From Parasphingorhabdus sp. (GTDB taxonomy: Bacteria; Pseudomonadota; Gammaproteobacteria; Arenicellales; CAJQKF01): 64,000 bases of DNA. The stretch is taken from assembly GCA_047615875.1 (NCBI GenBank), contig JBLHGU010000001.1:1647-65646 (forward strand), written 5' to 3'. The position numbers were made by a program, and so were the translations under genes. Positions 49,003 to 58,875 of this stretch are shown one piece after another (the stretch's first letter is position 1; the number at the start of each line of letters is the position of its first letter). The notes beneath the pieces are model-generated. The model was not told where the DNA came from and ran no database searches. It saw nothing but the letters and a program-made list of their open reading frames with translations.

Positions 49003-50460
49003 GTGTTACCAAACTTACCATCCTGTGAATTTACTGGCTCCGAGTTATGCGAACTTGAGGCTCATGTAGTCGTCGATAAGCTGCGTAATGGTGAAATTAG
49101 TAGTGAAGATCTTGTTGCAGCGTCTCTCGCGCGAATCGAAAGCGTTGAGCCTGCTGTAAATGCTATGCCAACGGTGTGTGGCGAACGGGCCTATGAATTT
49201 CTGAAAAAGTGGCGTGCCGATGGTTCCGGGAGTAGTCAGCAAGCGAGTTGGCTGGGTGGGTTGCCCATAGCGATCAAAGATCTCAACGAAGTCGCTGGGG
49301 TTAGAACAACTTACGGCACTCCGGCCCTGGCAGAGAATATTTCTGTGATAAGTGATCCCCTGGTTGAACGCCTGGAAAGTAACGGCGCACTGGTGGTGGG
49401 TAAAACCAATACACCGGAGATGGGCGCGGGTGGAAATACTTTTAACTCAGTTTTTGGTATGACCCGAAACCCCTGGGATACATCTTGCAACGCAGGGGGT
49501 TCATCTGGAGGTGCTGCGGTATCTCTAGCTACGGGCGAGGTTTGGTTAAGTCATGGTTCAGATCTTGCTGGATCGTTACGTACACCTGCAGCTTATTGTG
49601 GTGTAGTTGGTTTTCGACCCAGTCCGGGTAGGGCAGGCGGTGCACCTAAGGATCTTGGTTTCAATATGGAGGCAGTGTCGGGTCCAATGGCGCGTAGCGT
49701 TACTGATTGCGCGCTATTCCTTGATGCCATGTCAGGATTTGATCCGAGATTGCCGCTTTCGTATCCGGCTCCAACTGAACCCTTTCAGCAGGCAGTTCGA
49801 CACGCAACTAGCAATATACGTGTGGCTTACAGTAGCACGTTGGATGGATTTGCTCCGGTTTCACGACAAGTCGATAAGATTCTCCGACAGGCTATGGATA
49901 TGATTTGCGGAGAGGGTGGTGAGGTCGAAGAACAATGCCCTGAATTGCCCGATCTTGATCATTCATATCGAGTGTTGCGGGGTATGTTGTGGGCTGCAGG
50001 ACCAGGATTTGCACCGGAAAAGGTTCAGTCTCAATTTAAATATACCCTGATGGATAATATTGATTTCGGTCGTAAGCTAACGATCGAAGATCTATGTAAA
50101 GCGCAACGTGAACGAACAATTTTATTCAGAAATATGCGGCTCTTTCTGGAGAACTTTGACGTATTGGCATGCCCAACGGTTGGATTAATGCCAGGACCTG
50201 TAGAAGAAGAGTTTCCAACCGAGTTGGATGGTGAACCTCTTACGGATTACATAGAGTGGCTGCGTTTCTCCTATCTTTCTACTGCGACCAGTCTGCCTTC
50301 ATTATCTATGCCTGTGGGTTTTTCGTCCGAAGGTTTGCCGGTTGGATTGCAGTTGATCGGGCCGCCCAGAGGCGAGGCCAAATTGTTGGCTGTGGCCCGC
50401 GCCATTGAACTGGCCGTGGGCGGTCCAATCAAACCGATCGATCCAAATATAAACCATTAA
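49003..50460 (+). CDS. Amidase (amidase-signature family)
   Basis: 485 aa. The AS motif GGSSGGAA has the upstream Lys (IAIKDL). GTG start with GAGGAG upstream. Confidence 0.8.
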   Translation: MLPNLPSCEFTGSELCELEAHVVVDKLRNGEISSEDLVAASLARIESVEPAVNAMPTVCGERAYEFLKKWRADGSGSSQQASWLGGLPIAIKDLNEVAGVRTTYGTPALAENISVISDPLVERLESNGALVVGKTNTPEMGAGGNTFNSVFGMTRNPWDTSCNAGGSSGGAAVSLATGEVWLSHGSDLAGSLRTPAAYCGVVGFRPSPGRAGGAPKDLGFNMEAVSGPMARSVTDCALFLDAMSGFDPRLPLSYPAPTEPFQQAVRHATSNIRVAYSSTLDGFAPVSRQVDKILRQAMDMICGEGGEVEEQCPELPDLDHSYRVLRGMLWAAGPGFAPEKVQSQFKYTLMDNIDFGRKLTIEDLCKAQRERTILFRNMRLFLENFDVLACPTVGLMPGPVEEEFPTELDGEPLTDYIEWLRFSYLSTATSLPSLSMPVGFSSEGLPVGLQLIGPPRGEAKLLAVARAIELAVGGPIKPIDPNINH

Positions 50461-50555
50461 CCAGCTGTTTTTACTTAACTTGATTACCCGTAGGATGTGT
50501 ACCACCTGTTCAAGGGTGGGACTTGATAACCGCTTAATTAACACCGAATAACCTT

Positions 50556-52082
50556 ATGTATACCAGTAATTACTTAGCCAGCAAGCTTCGTTTGGCAACC
50601 CTTGATCGACCTGATGCTGTTTTTGCCCGAATCCATGAGACTGGCGAGATAATCTCCTATGCAGATTTCTTTGAAGCTTCCGAGCGTCTGGCGTCAGCGA
50701 TGGTCTCTGCTGGAGTGAAGCCCGGTGATCGGGTTGCTATGCAAGTTAAGAAATCGATCCACGCGTTGCAGCTTTACATGGCCACAATATTGGCTGGTGG
50801 CGTGTTCTTGCCTTTAAACACGGCTTATACCGCTAAAGAAGTTAGCTATTTTCTAGGCGATGCAGAACCGGCACTTTTCGTATGTGATCCAGAGCGCTAT
50901 GAATCTTTAGTTGCAGTCGCACAACAGTGCGGTGTTGCAACCGTATGGACGTTGTCTGGAAATGGCGAGGGCACCTTAATTGATGCACAGCGTGCCGCAA
51001 ATAGTGGGTTCGAAGCGGTATCGAGACAGGCAGATGATCTTGCAGCGATCCTCTATACCTCGGGCACAACGGGAAGATCCAAAGGCGCGATGTTAAGTCA
51101 TAATGGATTAGCCTCCAATGCAGAGGTGTTGCAGGTTTACTGGGAATTTAACCAGGACGATGTATTGATACATGCACTACCCATTTTTCACACCCATGGT
51201 TTATTTGTCGCCACTAATATTACGATGACGGCCGGTTCAGCCATGATTTTTATGGCGTCTTATAATGCTGAGGCCATTATTGACTATATGCTTTCTGCGA
51301 CAGTGTTAATGGGTGTGCCGACTTTTTATGTGCGATTGCTTGAGCAGGCAGAACTCGCTAATGCGGCTGCGAATATGCGTTTGTTCGTGTCAGGCTCTGC
51401 GCCTTTATTAGCCGAGACCCATCATAGTTGGAGTCGAGTCACAGGCCATGCCATTCTTGAGCGCTATGGTATGACAGAGACCAACATGAATACTTCTAAT
51501 CCTTACCATGGTGAGCGGATTGCCGGTACAGTGGGCTTTCCGTTGCCGGGTGTGGAGGTTGTAATAACTGATCCACAAACTGCTGTAGAACTTTCCCCCG
51601 GTGAGATTGGTATTCTAGAAGTGCGCGGCCCAAACGTGTTTATGGGTTATTGGCGCATGCCAGAGAAAACCGCAGAGGAGCTCAGGTCTAATGGTTTTTT
51701 TATTACCGGAGACTTAGGTTTAATTGATGATAAAGGCTATGTGCAGATTGTGGGTCGTGATAAAGATCTGATTATTTCTGGTGGATATAATATTTATCCG
51801 AAAGAAATTGAATTGCTTATCGATGATTTGCCAGGCGTAAAAGAATCTGCAGTGATTGGTGTGGCGCACCCAGATTTTGGCGAAGCTGTGGTCGCCGTTA
51901 TTGTGCCGGCAGCTGACCAGAAACTTGATGAAGATAATATTGTTCGTGGTTTGCAAGATGATCTGGCTAGATTTAAACAACCCAAGCGTCTATTCTTTGT
52001 GGACGAATTGCCACGCAATGCGATGGGCAAAGTGCAGAAAAATCTTTTAAGAGACAGGTATGCGAGTTTGTTCACGGATTGA
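50556..52082 (+). CDS. Malonyl-CoA-synthetase-like (MatB-like) acyl-CoA synthetase
   Basis: 508 aa. YTSGTTGRSKG P-loop, GYWRMPEKT and GDLGLIDDKGYVQIVGRDKDLIISGGYNIYPKEIE. The N-terminal third is collinear with rhizobial MatB as remembered. Confidence 0.7.
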   Translation: MYTSNYLASKLRLATLDRPDAVFARIHETGEIISYADFFEASERLASAMVSAGVKPGDRVAMQVKKSIHALQLYMATILAGGVFLPLNTAYTAKEVSYFLGDAEPALFVCDPERYESLVAVAQQCGVATVWTLSGNGEGTLIDAQRAANSGFEAVSRQADDLAAILYTSGTTGRSKGAMLSHNGLASNAEVLQVYWEFNQDDVLIHALPIFHTHGLFVATNITMTAGSAMIFMASYNAEAIIDYMLSATVLMGVPTFYVRLLEQAELANAAANMRLFVSGSAPLLAETHHSWSRVTGHAILERYGMTETNMNTSNPYHGERIAGTVGFPLPGVEVVITDPQTAVELSPGEIGILEVRGPNVFMGYWRMPEKTAEELRSNGFFITGDLGLIDDKGYVQIVGRDKDLIISGGYNIYPKEIELLIDDLPGVKESAVIGVAHPDFGEAVVAVIVPAADQKLDEDNIVRGLQDDLARFKQPKRLFFVDELPRNAMGKVQKNLLRDRYASLFTD

Positions 52083-52141
52083 AAGTCATTGAAAGCAATT
52101 AACCACTAATAACATTCTTCCATAAGAAGCGGATTTGTGAA

Positions 52142-52373
52142 AGGTTTCAATCTTCCCGCACACCCTTTCGTGAGCTGGTAAAGCGGGTGGGGTTTTTTCG
52201 TGCTCGTCATTCCGTGTTTAGCCATATTGAATAAGTCGGCTCACGAGCATATTGATATCGTTAATGCGATACTGGATTCAGATGATCCAAAGGCAAGGGG
52301 TTTGACTTATCATCATGTGGTAGTGAGTGCCGAGGAGCTGCTCGATATCGCGAATATCCTGTCCAGTCGATAG
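52142..52373 (+). pseudogene. Possible remnant of a GntR/FCD-family regulator (C-terminal domain only, frame-broken)
   Basis: The frame ending at TAG 52371 reads ...NKSAHEHIDIVNAILDSDDPKARGLTYHHVVVSAEELLDIANIL, resembling the last FCD helices (eH..I..Ai..gD...A...m..H). An adjacent frame gives PFRELVKRVGFFRARHSVFSHIE. No wHTH is present. Confidence 0.35.
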
Positions 52374-52455
52374 TTTCTGTAAAGCCGTTTGGGATGGTTG
52401 TCTTTTCTCTGCATACTGGATACAGTATGCAGAGAAAGATATTTAGGAGAACAAA

Positions 52456-53592
52456 ATGTCAACCGAGGCAATTGTAGTCGGTGCCGGCATAGCAGGTTCC
52501 ATGACTGCATTGGCGTTGCAGCGTCGAGGGGTCAGCACGACTTTAATAGATCGCTGGGAGCCAGGTCATTCCAGAGCGTCATCCACTGACTATAATCGTA
52601 TGATTAGAGCCATTCATGGCCACGATGAGTTCTATACTCTGTGGGCCAGGGAAGCTCGTGAGCGTTGGTTGGAACTACAGGCAGAGACTGGCCAGCGTCT
52701 GTATTACGAATGTGGTGCTTTGATTCTGGCGACCGAAGGACACTGTCATTGGGAAGATGCCACCGAAAAGACATTTCAGAAATTGGGTGTGCCACATCAT
52801 AAGTTCGGGCGAGATGAAATTTCCCTGCGTTTTCCACAATTCAAATGTGACGATATCTCCTACGCTTTGTACGAGCCAGAGGCGGGCATGATTATGGCCC
52901 ACCGAGCGGTAATCACCACCGTAGATTTATTTAAGCGCGAAGGTGGGGTGGTCAAGCGTGGCCGCGTTACCACCGACAATCAAGAACGATTGCATCTCGA
53001 TGGAAAAGCATTAAACGCTGACTTTATGGTTGTTTGTACCGGTCCGTGGATGTCTGATATGTTTCCCAAAACCATCAAACCTATTGGCAATATTGTTGGT
53101 GTGAACGTACTTTATACCTCTACGCCCGATGGTAGTGAAGCTTTCGATCGGACACAAATGCCCTGTTGGATTGATCATGGTCAGGGTTCATTCGGCATGC
53201 CTTCAGTAGAAGGCTGTGGCGTAAAGGCGGCAGTGGTTTTTCCAGATAAGATTGATATTGATCAGGATGAACGGTTAGTGCGCCGCGAGACACTTTCACG
53301 AACGCGCCGGTATATCCAGAAACGCTTGCCGGGATTAGTTGGCGAGCGCGTGGTGGATTCAAAATTCAATCAGATAATATTGACCCCTGATACCCACTTT
53401 ATCGTTGACTGGCACCCCGAGCAGAAAAATGTACTGATAGCCGGTGGTTGCTCTGGTCATTTGTTTAAGCACGGCCCAGTATTTGGTGATTTCGCCGCTG
53501 GGGTGGCCTGTCGAGAATATGGTACGGCGGCGCATTTTAAATTGGCTGGGCGCAGAAAACTCTCTGCCAAGGAAAGTCCATCCGGGCGTTAG
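52456..53592 (+). CDS. FAD-dependent amine oxidase, monomeric sarcosine oxidase / N-methyltryptophan oxidase-like
   Basis: 378 aa. AIVVGAGIAGSMTA dinucleotide fold, GHSRASSTDYNRMIR, and the C-terminal AGGCSGHLFKHGPVFG paralleling MSOX GFSGHGFKF. Confidence 0.7.
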   Translation: MSTEAIVVGAGIAGSMTALALQRRGVSTTLIDRWEPGHSRASSTDYNRMIRAIHGHDEFYTLWAREARERWLELQAETGQRLYYECGALILATEGHCHWEDATEKTFQKLGVPHHKFGRDEISLRFPQFKCDDISYALYEPEAGMIMAHRAVITTVDLFKREGGVVKRGRVTTDNQERLHLDGKALNADFMVVCTGPWMSDMFPKTIKPIGNIVGVNVLYTSTPDGSEAFDRTQMPCWIDHGQGSFGMPSVEGCGVKAAVVFPDKIDIDQDERLVRRETLSRTRRYIQKRLPGLVGERVVDSKFNQIILTPDTHFIVDWHPEQKNVLIAGGCSGHLFKHGPVFGDFAAGVACREYGTAAHFKLAGRRKLSAKESPSGR

Positions 53593-53694
53593 AGGGTTGT
53601 CGACAGAAAATAATTCCGTTAGTATTTTGGATACAAAATCCAGAATACAACGTTCAGTTCAAACACTAAACAAACTTAAGAGAGGATTGGAGAA

Positions 53695-54990
53695 GTGACC
53701 AGCAATGTAGAAATGTTGCCAGAAGGCACACATACCGTCGTTCTTGGTGTGGGCGATGCTAACGGCATCATGCGCGGCAAGCGTATCCCTGCCAGTCATT
53801 GGCCAACAATCTGCAAAAATGGCAATGCGCTATCGCTCGCAACGCTTGCTATCGATATGACCTGTGACGTCTGGGATACGCCCTATGTCAATTTCGATAA
53901 TGGCTATCCAGACATGCATATGTTTCCCATAGCTCCGCCAATAGCCTCTCCCTGGGAGTCCGGCGTGGCAATCTGTATGGGCTATGCAGAGGGCATGGAT
54001 CATAAACCGGTACCAATTGATCCCCGTGGTGCGTTGATTGCTCAGTTGGAAAGAGCCGCGCAAATGGGCTATGACATTAATGTCGGTACCGAGTTAGAGT
54101 TTTATCTGCTAGATCCTGAGACTAAGCGTCCAAGAGATCAGGGTATTCAGGTTTATAGCCTAAGCCGTGCCGCGGAGCTGGAGCATGTTCTTGGCCCCAT
54201 CCGACAACACTTAAACGCTCTTGGCATTCCAATCGAGCAGTCAAATCCGGAATATGCTGCAGGCCAGGTGGAAGTCAATATTCATTACGACGAGCCGTTG
54301 GTGGCAGCAGATCGAGTTGTCCTGTTTCGTGCCATGATCAAGGAACTCGCCATGCATCATGGCTATCTGGCAACTTTCATGTCGAAACCATTTCTGGAAG
54401 AGTCAGGCAGTGGTTTTCATACCCATCATTCATTGTGGAAGAATGGCGTAAACCAGTTCTCCGATAACGGAAAATTTAATGAGCTGGGTAAGTCCTATCT
54501 TGCTGGTTTGCAAAAGCGTATGCCGGAAACAGCATTGGTGAGTGCAACCACGCCAAATGCCTACCGTCGTCGTAAACCCTATACATTTTGTCCGATAAAT
54601 TCTGCCTGGGGACTGGATAACCGTACAGTGGGGTTGCGCGTTATCGAGGGCTCAGATCATGCTGTTCGTGTGGAGAAGCGTGATGGATCTGCCGATTGTA
54701 ATCCTTATTATTTATTGGCATCTGAAATTGCAGCGGGCCTGGATGGTATTGAACAAGGCATGCAGCCCACCGAAATGTGTGCCGGAAATGCTTATGAGTT
54801 TGAGGACGCAGTGCCTTTACCTAACAACATAAATGATGCATTGGTCCTGGCGAAAAATTCTGACTGGCTGAGAGATGTGATCGGCGAAGATCGCCTGACC
54901 ATCCTCATCCAACAGGCAGAGAGGGAAGTTGAATTTCTAGCAGCACCGATTAACCCTGTTGAGCTGGAACGCTATCTGGGTAATTTCTGA
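53695..54990 (+). CDS. Glutamine synthetase family protein (gamma-glutamyl-amine ligase-like; PuuA/GlnT/IpuC-type)
   Basis: 431 aa, GTG start after GAGGATTGGAGAA. Catalytic-domain motifs are GTELEFYL, NPEYAAGQVEVN, MSKPF...SGSGFHTHHSL and NAYRRR. Confidence 0.8.
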   Translation: MTSNVEMLPEGTHTVVLGVGDANGIMRGKRIPASHWPTICKNGNALSLATLAIDMTCDVWDTPYVNFDNGYPDMHMFPIAPPIASPWESGVAICMGYAEGMDHKPVPIDPRGALIAQLERAAQMGYDINVGTELEFYLLDPETKRPRDQGIQVYSLSRAAELEHVLGPIRQHLNALGIPIEQSNPEYAAGQVEVNIHYDEPLVAADRVVLFRAMIKELAMHHGYLATFMSKPFLEESGSGFHTHHSLWKNGVNQFSDNGKFNELGKSYLAGLQKRMPETALVSATTPNAYRRRKPYTFCPINSAWGLDNRTVGLRVIEGSDHAVRVEKRDGSADCNPYYLLASEIAAGLDGIEQGMQPTEMCAGNAYEFEDAVPLPNNINDALVLAKNSDWLRDVIGEDRLTILIQQAEREVEFLAAPINPVELERYLGNF

Positions 54991-55253
54991 TGCGTATCGG
55001 TCGAGTCACAGGTTCGCTCACTGCCACAATTAAGGAAGCCCAACTGGCGGCTATCCGGCTGCTGGTGGTTGATATTGAGGATGGAACGGGCAATGTAATT
55101 GAGGCCGCTCATGTGGCTGTAGATACGCTCGGTGCCGGCACTGGCGATCTGGTGTTGCTAACCACAGGCTCAGCTGCTCGTATTCCAACAGAATATTCCG
55201 GTCTTTCAGTTGATGCATCAATCGTCGCAATTGTCGACAACATACATATTTAA
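54990..55253 (+). CDS. BMC vertex (pentamer) shell protein, EutN/CcmL/PduN family (BMC-P)
   Basis: 87 aa. MRIGRVTGSLTAT...HVAVDTLGAGTGDLVLLTTGSAAR...DASIVAIVD is collinear with EutN. The ATG overlaps the preceding TGA. Confidence 0.9.
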   Translation: MRIGRVTGSLTATIKEAQLAAIRLLVVDIEDGTGNVIEAAHVAVDTLGAGTGDLVLLTTGSAARIPTEYSGLSVDASIVAIVDNIHI

Positions 55254-55301
55254 TTTACTTAAGTACCAATTAATCAAACCCAATTATTGAGGTAAGTACC
55301 C

Positions 55302-55595
55302 ATGGCAACTAAAGCAGAACTCGGTCAGACAGCACTTGGCATGATTGAAACCCGTGGTGTCGTCGCCGCAATTGAAGCCGCCGATGCAATGGTAAAGGCT
55401 GCAAATGTTCAGATTGTGCGTCAAAGCAAAGCAGGTGGTGGCCTGGTTTCTATTATGATTCGCGGCGAAGTCGGTGCAGTCAAAGCTGCTACTGATGCCG
55501 GTGCCAGCGCAGCCAATAAGGTTGGCGAAGTGGTTGCAGTTCATGTAATCCCTCGTCCGCATGACGAAGTGGAAGCTGTTCTGGCTGAAATCTAA
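55302..55595 (+). CDS. BMC hexamer shell protein, PduA/EutM family (BMC-H)
   Basis: 97 aa. [29 protein letters not shown]...[41 protein letters not shown] is almost motif-for-motif PduA. Confidence 0.95.
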   Translation: MATKAELGQTALGMIETRGVVAAIEAADAMVKAANVQIVRQSKAGGGLVSIMIRGEVGAVKAATDAGASAANKVGEVVAVHVIPRPHDEVEAVLAEI

Positions 55596-55652
55596 AAGCT
55601 GATCCTTGATCATTAACGACGTGAATAATTAAACGTCTCTATCGGGGAAACT

Positions 55653-56849
55653 ATGGATAACGATTTCGAACAATTTACCCGCGCTGTACAGGAAAACAAG
55701 GGCTCTGTCAGAGTCGCTGAAACTGCTCAAAAAATTGATCGGGTATGCGTTCTTGGCGGTGGCCTGGATGGCAGAATACTTGCGGCATTGTGCCTAGCGG
55801 AAAATGCCGCCGTTACTCTGTTTAGTGCCTATGGTGCTGAGTTGAATGACCTGCGCAAACGGGGTGGAATCACCTTGCGAGGTGAGGGCCCTATCGGCAC
55901 GTTTCAGGTTGATCAGGAATCTGTTCCTTCAATTCAGATAACCGCAGAGCTGGATGCTGCGGTGGCAGACGCTGATTTAGTTATTCTGACAGGCCCGGTA
56001 CATAAGCAACGTACTTACGCCATGGTTCTGGCGGACCATCTACGTGACGGGCAAACGCTGCTCATCGCTCCAGGCAGAACTCTGGCGGCTATGGAAACCA
56101 ACTGGTTATTGCGGGTTGGTGGTTGCCAGGCGAATATTTCGGTGGTTGAAATGTCTGGGCTGCCTTATTGGGTACATAGCCGCGACGGTCACTTTGATTT
56201 ATGCAAGGCCAGTGGGGTTAGTGCGGCGTGTTTGCCATCAGGACAGCCTGCACTGCAATCCGCCCTACAAAAACTGTTGCCAGGTACAACTGGAACGCTA
56301 TCGACATTATCCAGCAGTTTTTCCGATGCAAGTGGTGCCGTCGAAAGCGTCGCGTTATTACTGGGTGGTTCACTGGTAGCTCAGCCTGCTAAGTCAATTC
56401 CTAATGGTGCTGTACCTCTGCAGGAGAATGCCACCTTTCATAGTTTGTTAGAAAGTGAATCGAGTCGTAATTTGGTTGCTCAATTATTGTCCGAACGTCG
56501 CAAGGTTGCGCGGAAGTTTGGCGTGCGTGGATTGCCTGACGATGAGCAATGGACTGATATGGCTGCGGGAAGCAAGAAGGGCAGTGGTAGCCGGCCAATA
56601 CCGAATACAGAACATGCCAGAGGCATGTTGCGCTGTGCCGTAACAGGTTCTCTGGTACCACTTCAGTCTGCTGGTGAGATGACTGGTACGCCCACACCTT
56701 CTACAGATGCCATGATTAATTTAGCCAGTGCCGCCCTGGGTCATGATTTAGCCAGTGCGGGTCGTCGCTTAAATTCTATGGGTATTAGCCCGGGTAGTTC
56801 CGATGAGGTTAGAAAGCAGGTTGAAGCCATGATAAAAGGGGAAGCATAG
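55653..56849 (+). CDS. NAD(P)-binding Rossmann protein, opine (octopine/nopaline) dehydrogenase-like, with about 30-aa N-terminal extension
   Basis: 398 aa. VCVLGGGLDGRILA (GxGxxG), then LILTGPVHKQ and LIAPGRT as in the opine-DH / glycerol-3-P-DH-N fold. The family call is tentative and was made by eye. Confidence 0.45.
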   Translation: MDNDFEQFTRAVQENKGSVRVAETAQKIDRVCVLGGGLDGRILAALCLAENAAVTLFSAYGAELNDLRKRGGITLRGEGPIGTFQVDQESVPSIQITAELDAAVADADLVILTGPVHKQRTYAMVLADHLRDGQTLLIAPGRTLAAMETNWLLRVGGCQANISVVEMSGLPYWVHSRDGHFDLCKASGVSAACLPSGQPALQSALQKLLPGTTGTLSTLSSSFSDASGAVESVALLLGGSLVAQPAKSIPNGAVPLQENATFHSLLESESSRNLVAQLLSERRKVARKFGVRGLPDDEQWTDMAAGSKKGSGSRPIPNTEHARGMLRCAVTGSLVPLQSAGEMTGTPTPSTDAMINLASAALGHDLASAGRRLNSMGISPGSSDEVRKQVEAMIKGEA

Positions 56850-58228
56850 TGGATAACGACTTACTTTCTATTGCTGCTGCAAGACGTGCTAGCGAGAATG
56901 CCTGGGATGCCTTTCAGAAATTCAGGGTGTTTGACCCGGCTGATATTGATGCCATCGTTGAAGCAATGGCCCGCGCTATTGAACCGGAAGCTCGCCGTCT
57001 GGGTGAAATTGCCGTAGAGGAAACCGGTTACGGTAACGCTGAAGATAAACGACTGAAAAATTTGTTTAATGCGGTCTCTGTCGCAGACTGGTTGCGCGAT
57101 GTTAAAACTCTGGGACTATTGTGGCGCGATGAAATTACCAAAGTGGCGGCTATTGGCGAGCCGATGGGAGTGGTAGCTGCATTAATTCCAGTTACCAATC
57201 CAACTTCAACAATTATTTATAAAGTTCTGTCTGCTGTTAAATCGGGCAATGCCATTGTCTGTGCGCCTCATCCTCGCGGCGTACGTGCCGGCGTAGAAAC
57301 AACCAGGGTTATGGCTCGGGCTGCAGAGCAGCTTGGTGCACCGAAGGGACTTATTCAGTGCCTGGAATCCGTAACCATTCAGGGCACTGCTGAACTAATG
57401 AAGCATCGTCGAACCTCTGTCGTGTTAGCGACCGGCGGGCCCGGCATGGTTAAAGCAGCTTACTCTTCGGGCAAACCTACTCTTGCCGTAGGGGCAGGCA
57501 ATGTACCGTGTTTTGTGCATTCGTCCATGGCATCTGAATTGGCTGAAGTGGCAGAGCAAGTCATTGTTTCCAAATCTTTTGATTATGGAACAGCCTGCGT
57601 TTCAGAACAGGCTGTTATTGTTGAACGAAAACTAAGTCGTGAGTTAAAGGCTGAATTCAAATTACGTGGTGCCTATTTCTGTACGCCGGCTCAATCCGAA
57701 CGACTGGGAAAAGTAATTTTCACCGACAGGAATATGATGAATCCTGACCGTGTTGGGCAATCACCTCAGGTGCTTGCTGATCTGGCAGAAATCCCCTTGC
57801 CACCAGGCGTTCGTGTGCTGGTTTCCGATCAGTCCGAAGTCGGTTGGCAGGCGCCGCTTTCAGCAGAAAAATTGAATCCTGTTTTAGCCTGGTACGAGGT
57901 AGACAATACGGCTAAAGGTATTCAGGTAGCTGAAGACATTGCCCGTTTCGGCGGCTGGGGGCACACAGCAGTACTGCATAGTAACGATGCAGAAGTCACT
58001 GCCGAGTACAGTCGATTACCGGTGGGTCGAATTATTGTTAATACACCAGGTATCCACGGCGGCATGGGTTTTTCTACTGATCTTGAGCCAAGCTTTATGT
58101 TGGGCACCGGTACTTCATCGGGTTCCATTGTTTCCGATAATGTGACCGCACTACATCTTATTAATATTAAACGTGTTGCCTATGAGTCCAGGCCGTGGCG
58201 CGACATCTATCAAGTTTACGGAGAATAG
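56849..58228 (+). CDS. CoA-acylating aldehyde dehydrogenase (EutE/PduP/AdhE-N type)
   Basis: 459 aa. ATGGPGMVKAAYSSGKPTLAVGAGNVP, catalytic Cys in FDYGTACVSEQAVIV, and a length typical of BMC AldDH. The GTG start overlaps the upstream TAG. Confidence 0.85.
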   Translation: MDNDLLSIAAARRASENAWDAFQKFRVFDPADIDAIVEAMARAIEPEARRLGEIAVEETGYGNAEDKRLKNLFNAVSVADWLRDVKTLGLLWRDEITKVAAIGEPMGVVAALIPVTNPTSTIIYKVLSAVKSGNAIVCAPHPRGVRAGVETTRVMARAAEQLGAPKGLIQCLESVTIQGTAELMKHRRTSVVLATGGPGMVKAAYSSGKPTLAVGAGNVPCFVHSSMASELAEVAEQVIVSKSFDYGTACVSEQAVIVERKLSRELKAEFKLRGAYFCTPAQSERLGKVIFTDRNMMNPDRVGQSPQVLADLAEIPLPPGVRVLVSDQSEVGWQAPLSAEKLNPVLAWYEVDNTAKGIQVAEDIARFGGWGHTAVLHSNDAEVTAEYSRLPVGRIIVNTPGIHGGMGFSTDLEPSFMLGTGTSSGSIVSDNVTALHLINIKRVAYESRPWRDIYQVYGE

Positions 58229-58231
58229 GCT

Positions 58232-58861
58232 ATGGCTAGTAAATTAACCATCAGAGCGTTGATGCAAATCGACCGTTTACAGCCAAAGTTTGCGGCCTAC
58301 AACGGTGCCACAGTGCAAGGCTCTATACCATTGGCAGGAGACACCATTCTGATTGGCGAAATTGCCCCTGGCAATGAAGTGTTTAGCTTGATTGACGTGG
58401 CCCTGAAAGCCAGCCGGGTTGAGGCAACCAGTCAGATTGTAGAGCGCGAATTCGGATTTTTTATTTTACGCTCCCCATCAAATGCGGAGGTCAGCGCTGC
58501 CCGCGACGCGATTCTTTCTGAACTTGGCATGTCATTGGAAGATCGTATTAAACCGGTTGTAGAGTCTACTCAGATAATTACTTCCGTTGAGCCCTATCAG
58601 GCACAGTTATTAAACAAGTGGTCAGCTGGAACACTGGTTGTACCTGGTAAAACGCTGGGCATTATAGAGTGTGCACCTGCCGCCTATATTTCCATTGCTG
58701 CAAATGAGGCTGAGAAAGCTGCTGAAATTGATATTGTGCAAGTCAGAGCGGTTGGCCGTTACGGTCGTTTGTTTTTCTCCGGTAGTGAAGACTCAGTGAA
58801 AACGGCCATCGATGCTGCCAGCGAAGCAATAAGAGATGTAACTGGCAAGGCGAGTAGTTAG
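58232..58861 (+). CDS. Tandem-BMC-domain shell protein (BMC-T)
   Basis: 209 aa with two segments of about 95 aa, each with a BMC-like core (..VFSLIDVALKASRVEA.. and ..AYISIAANEAEKAAEIDIV..). The second resembles the EutL-type (permuted) pattern. The topology cannot be settled by eye. Confidence 0.7.
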   Translation: MASKLTIRALMQIDRLQPKFAAYNGATVQGSIPLAGDTILIGEIAPGNEVFSLIDVALKASRVEATSQIVEREFGFFILRSPSNAEVSAARDAILSELGMSLEDRIKPVVESTQIITSVEPYQAQLLNKWSAGTLVVPGKTLGIIECAPAAYISIAANEAEKAAEIDIVQVRAVGRYGRLFFSGSEDSVKTAIDAASEAIRDVTGKASS

Positions 58862-58875
58862 TTCGGGTTACTTAC

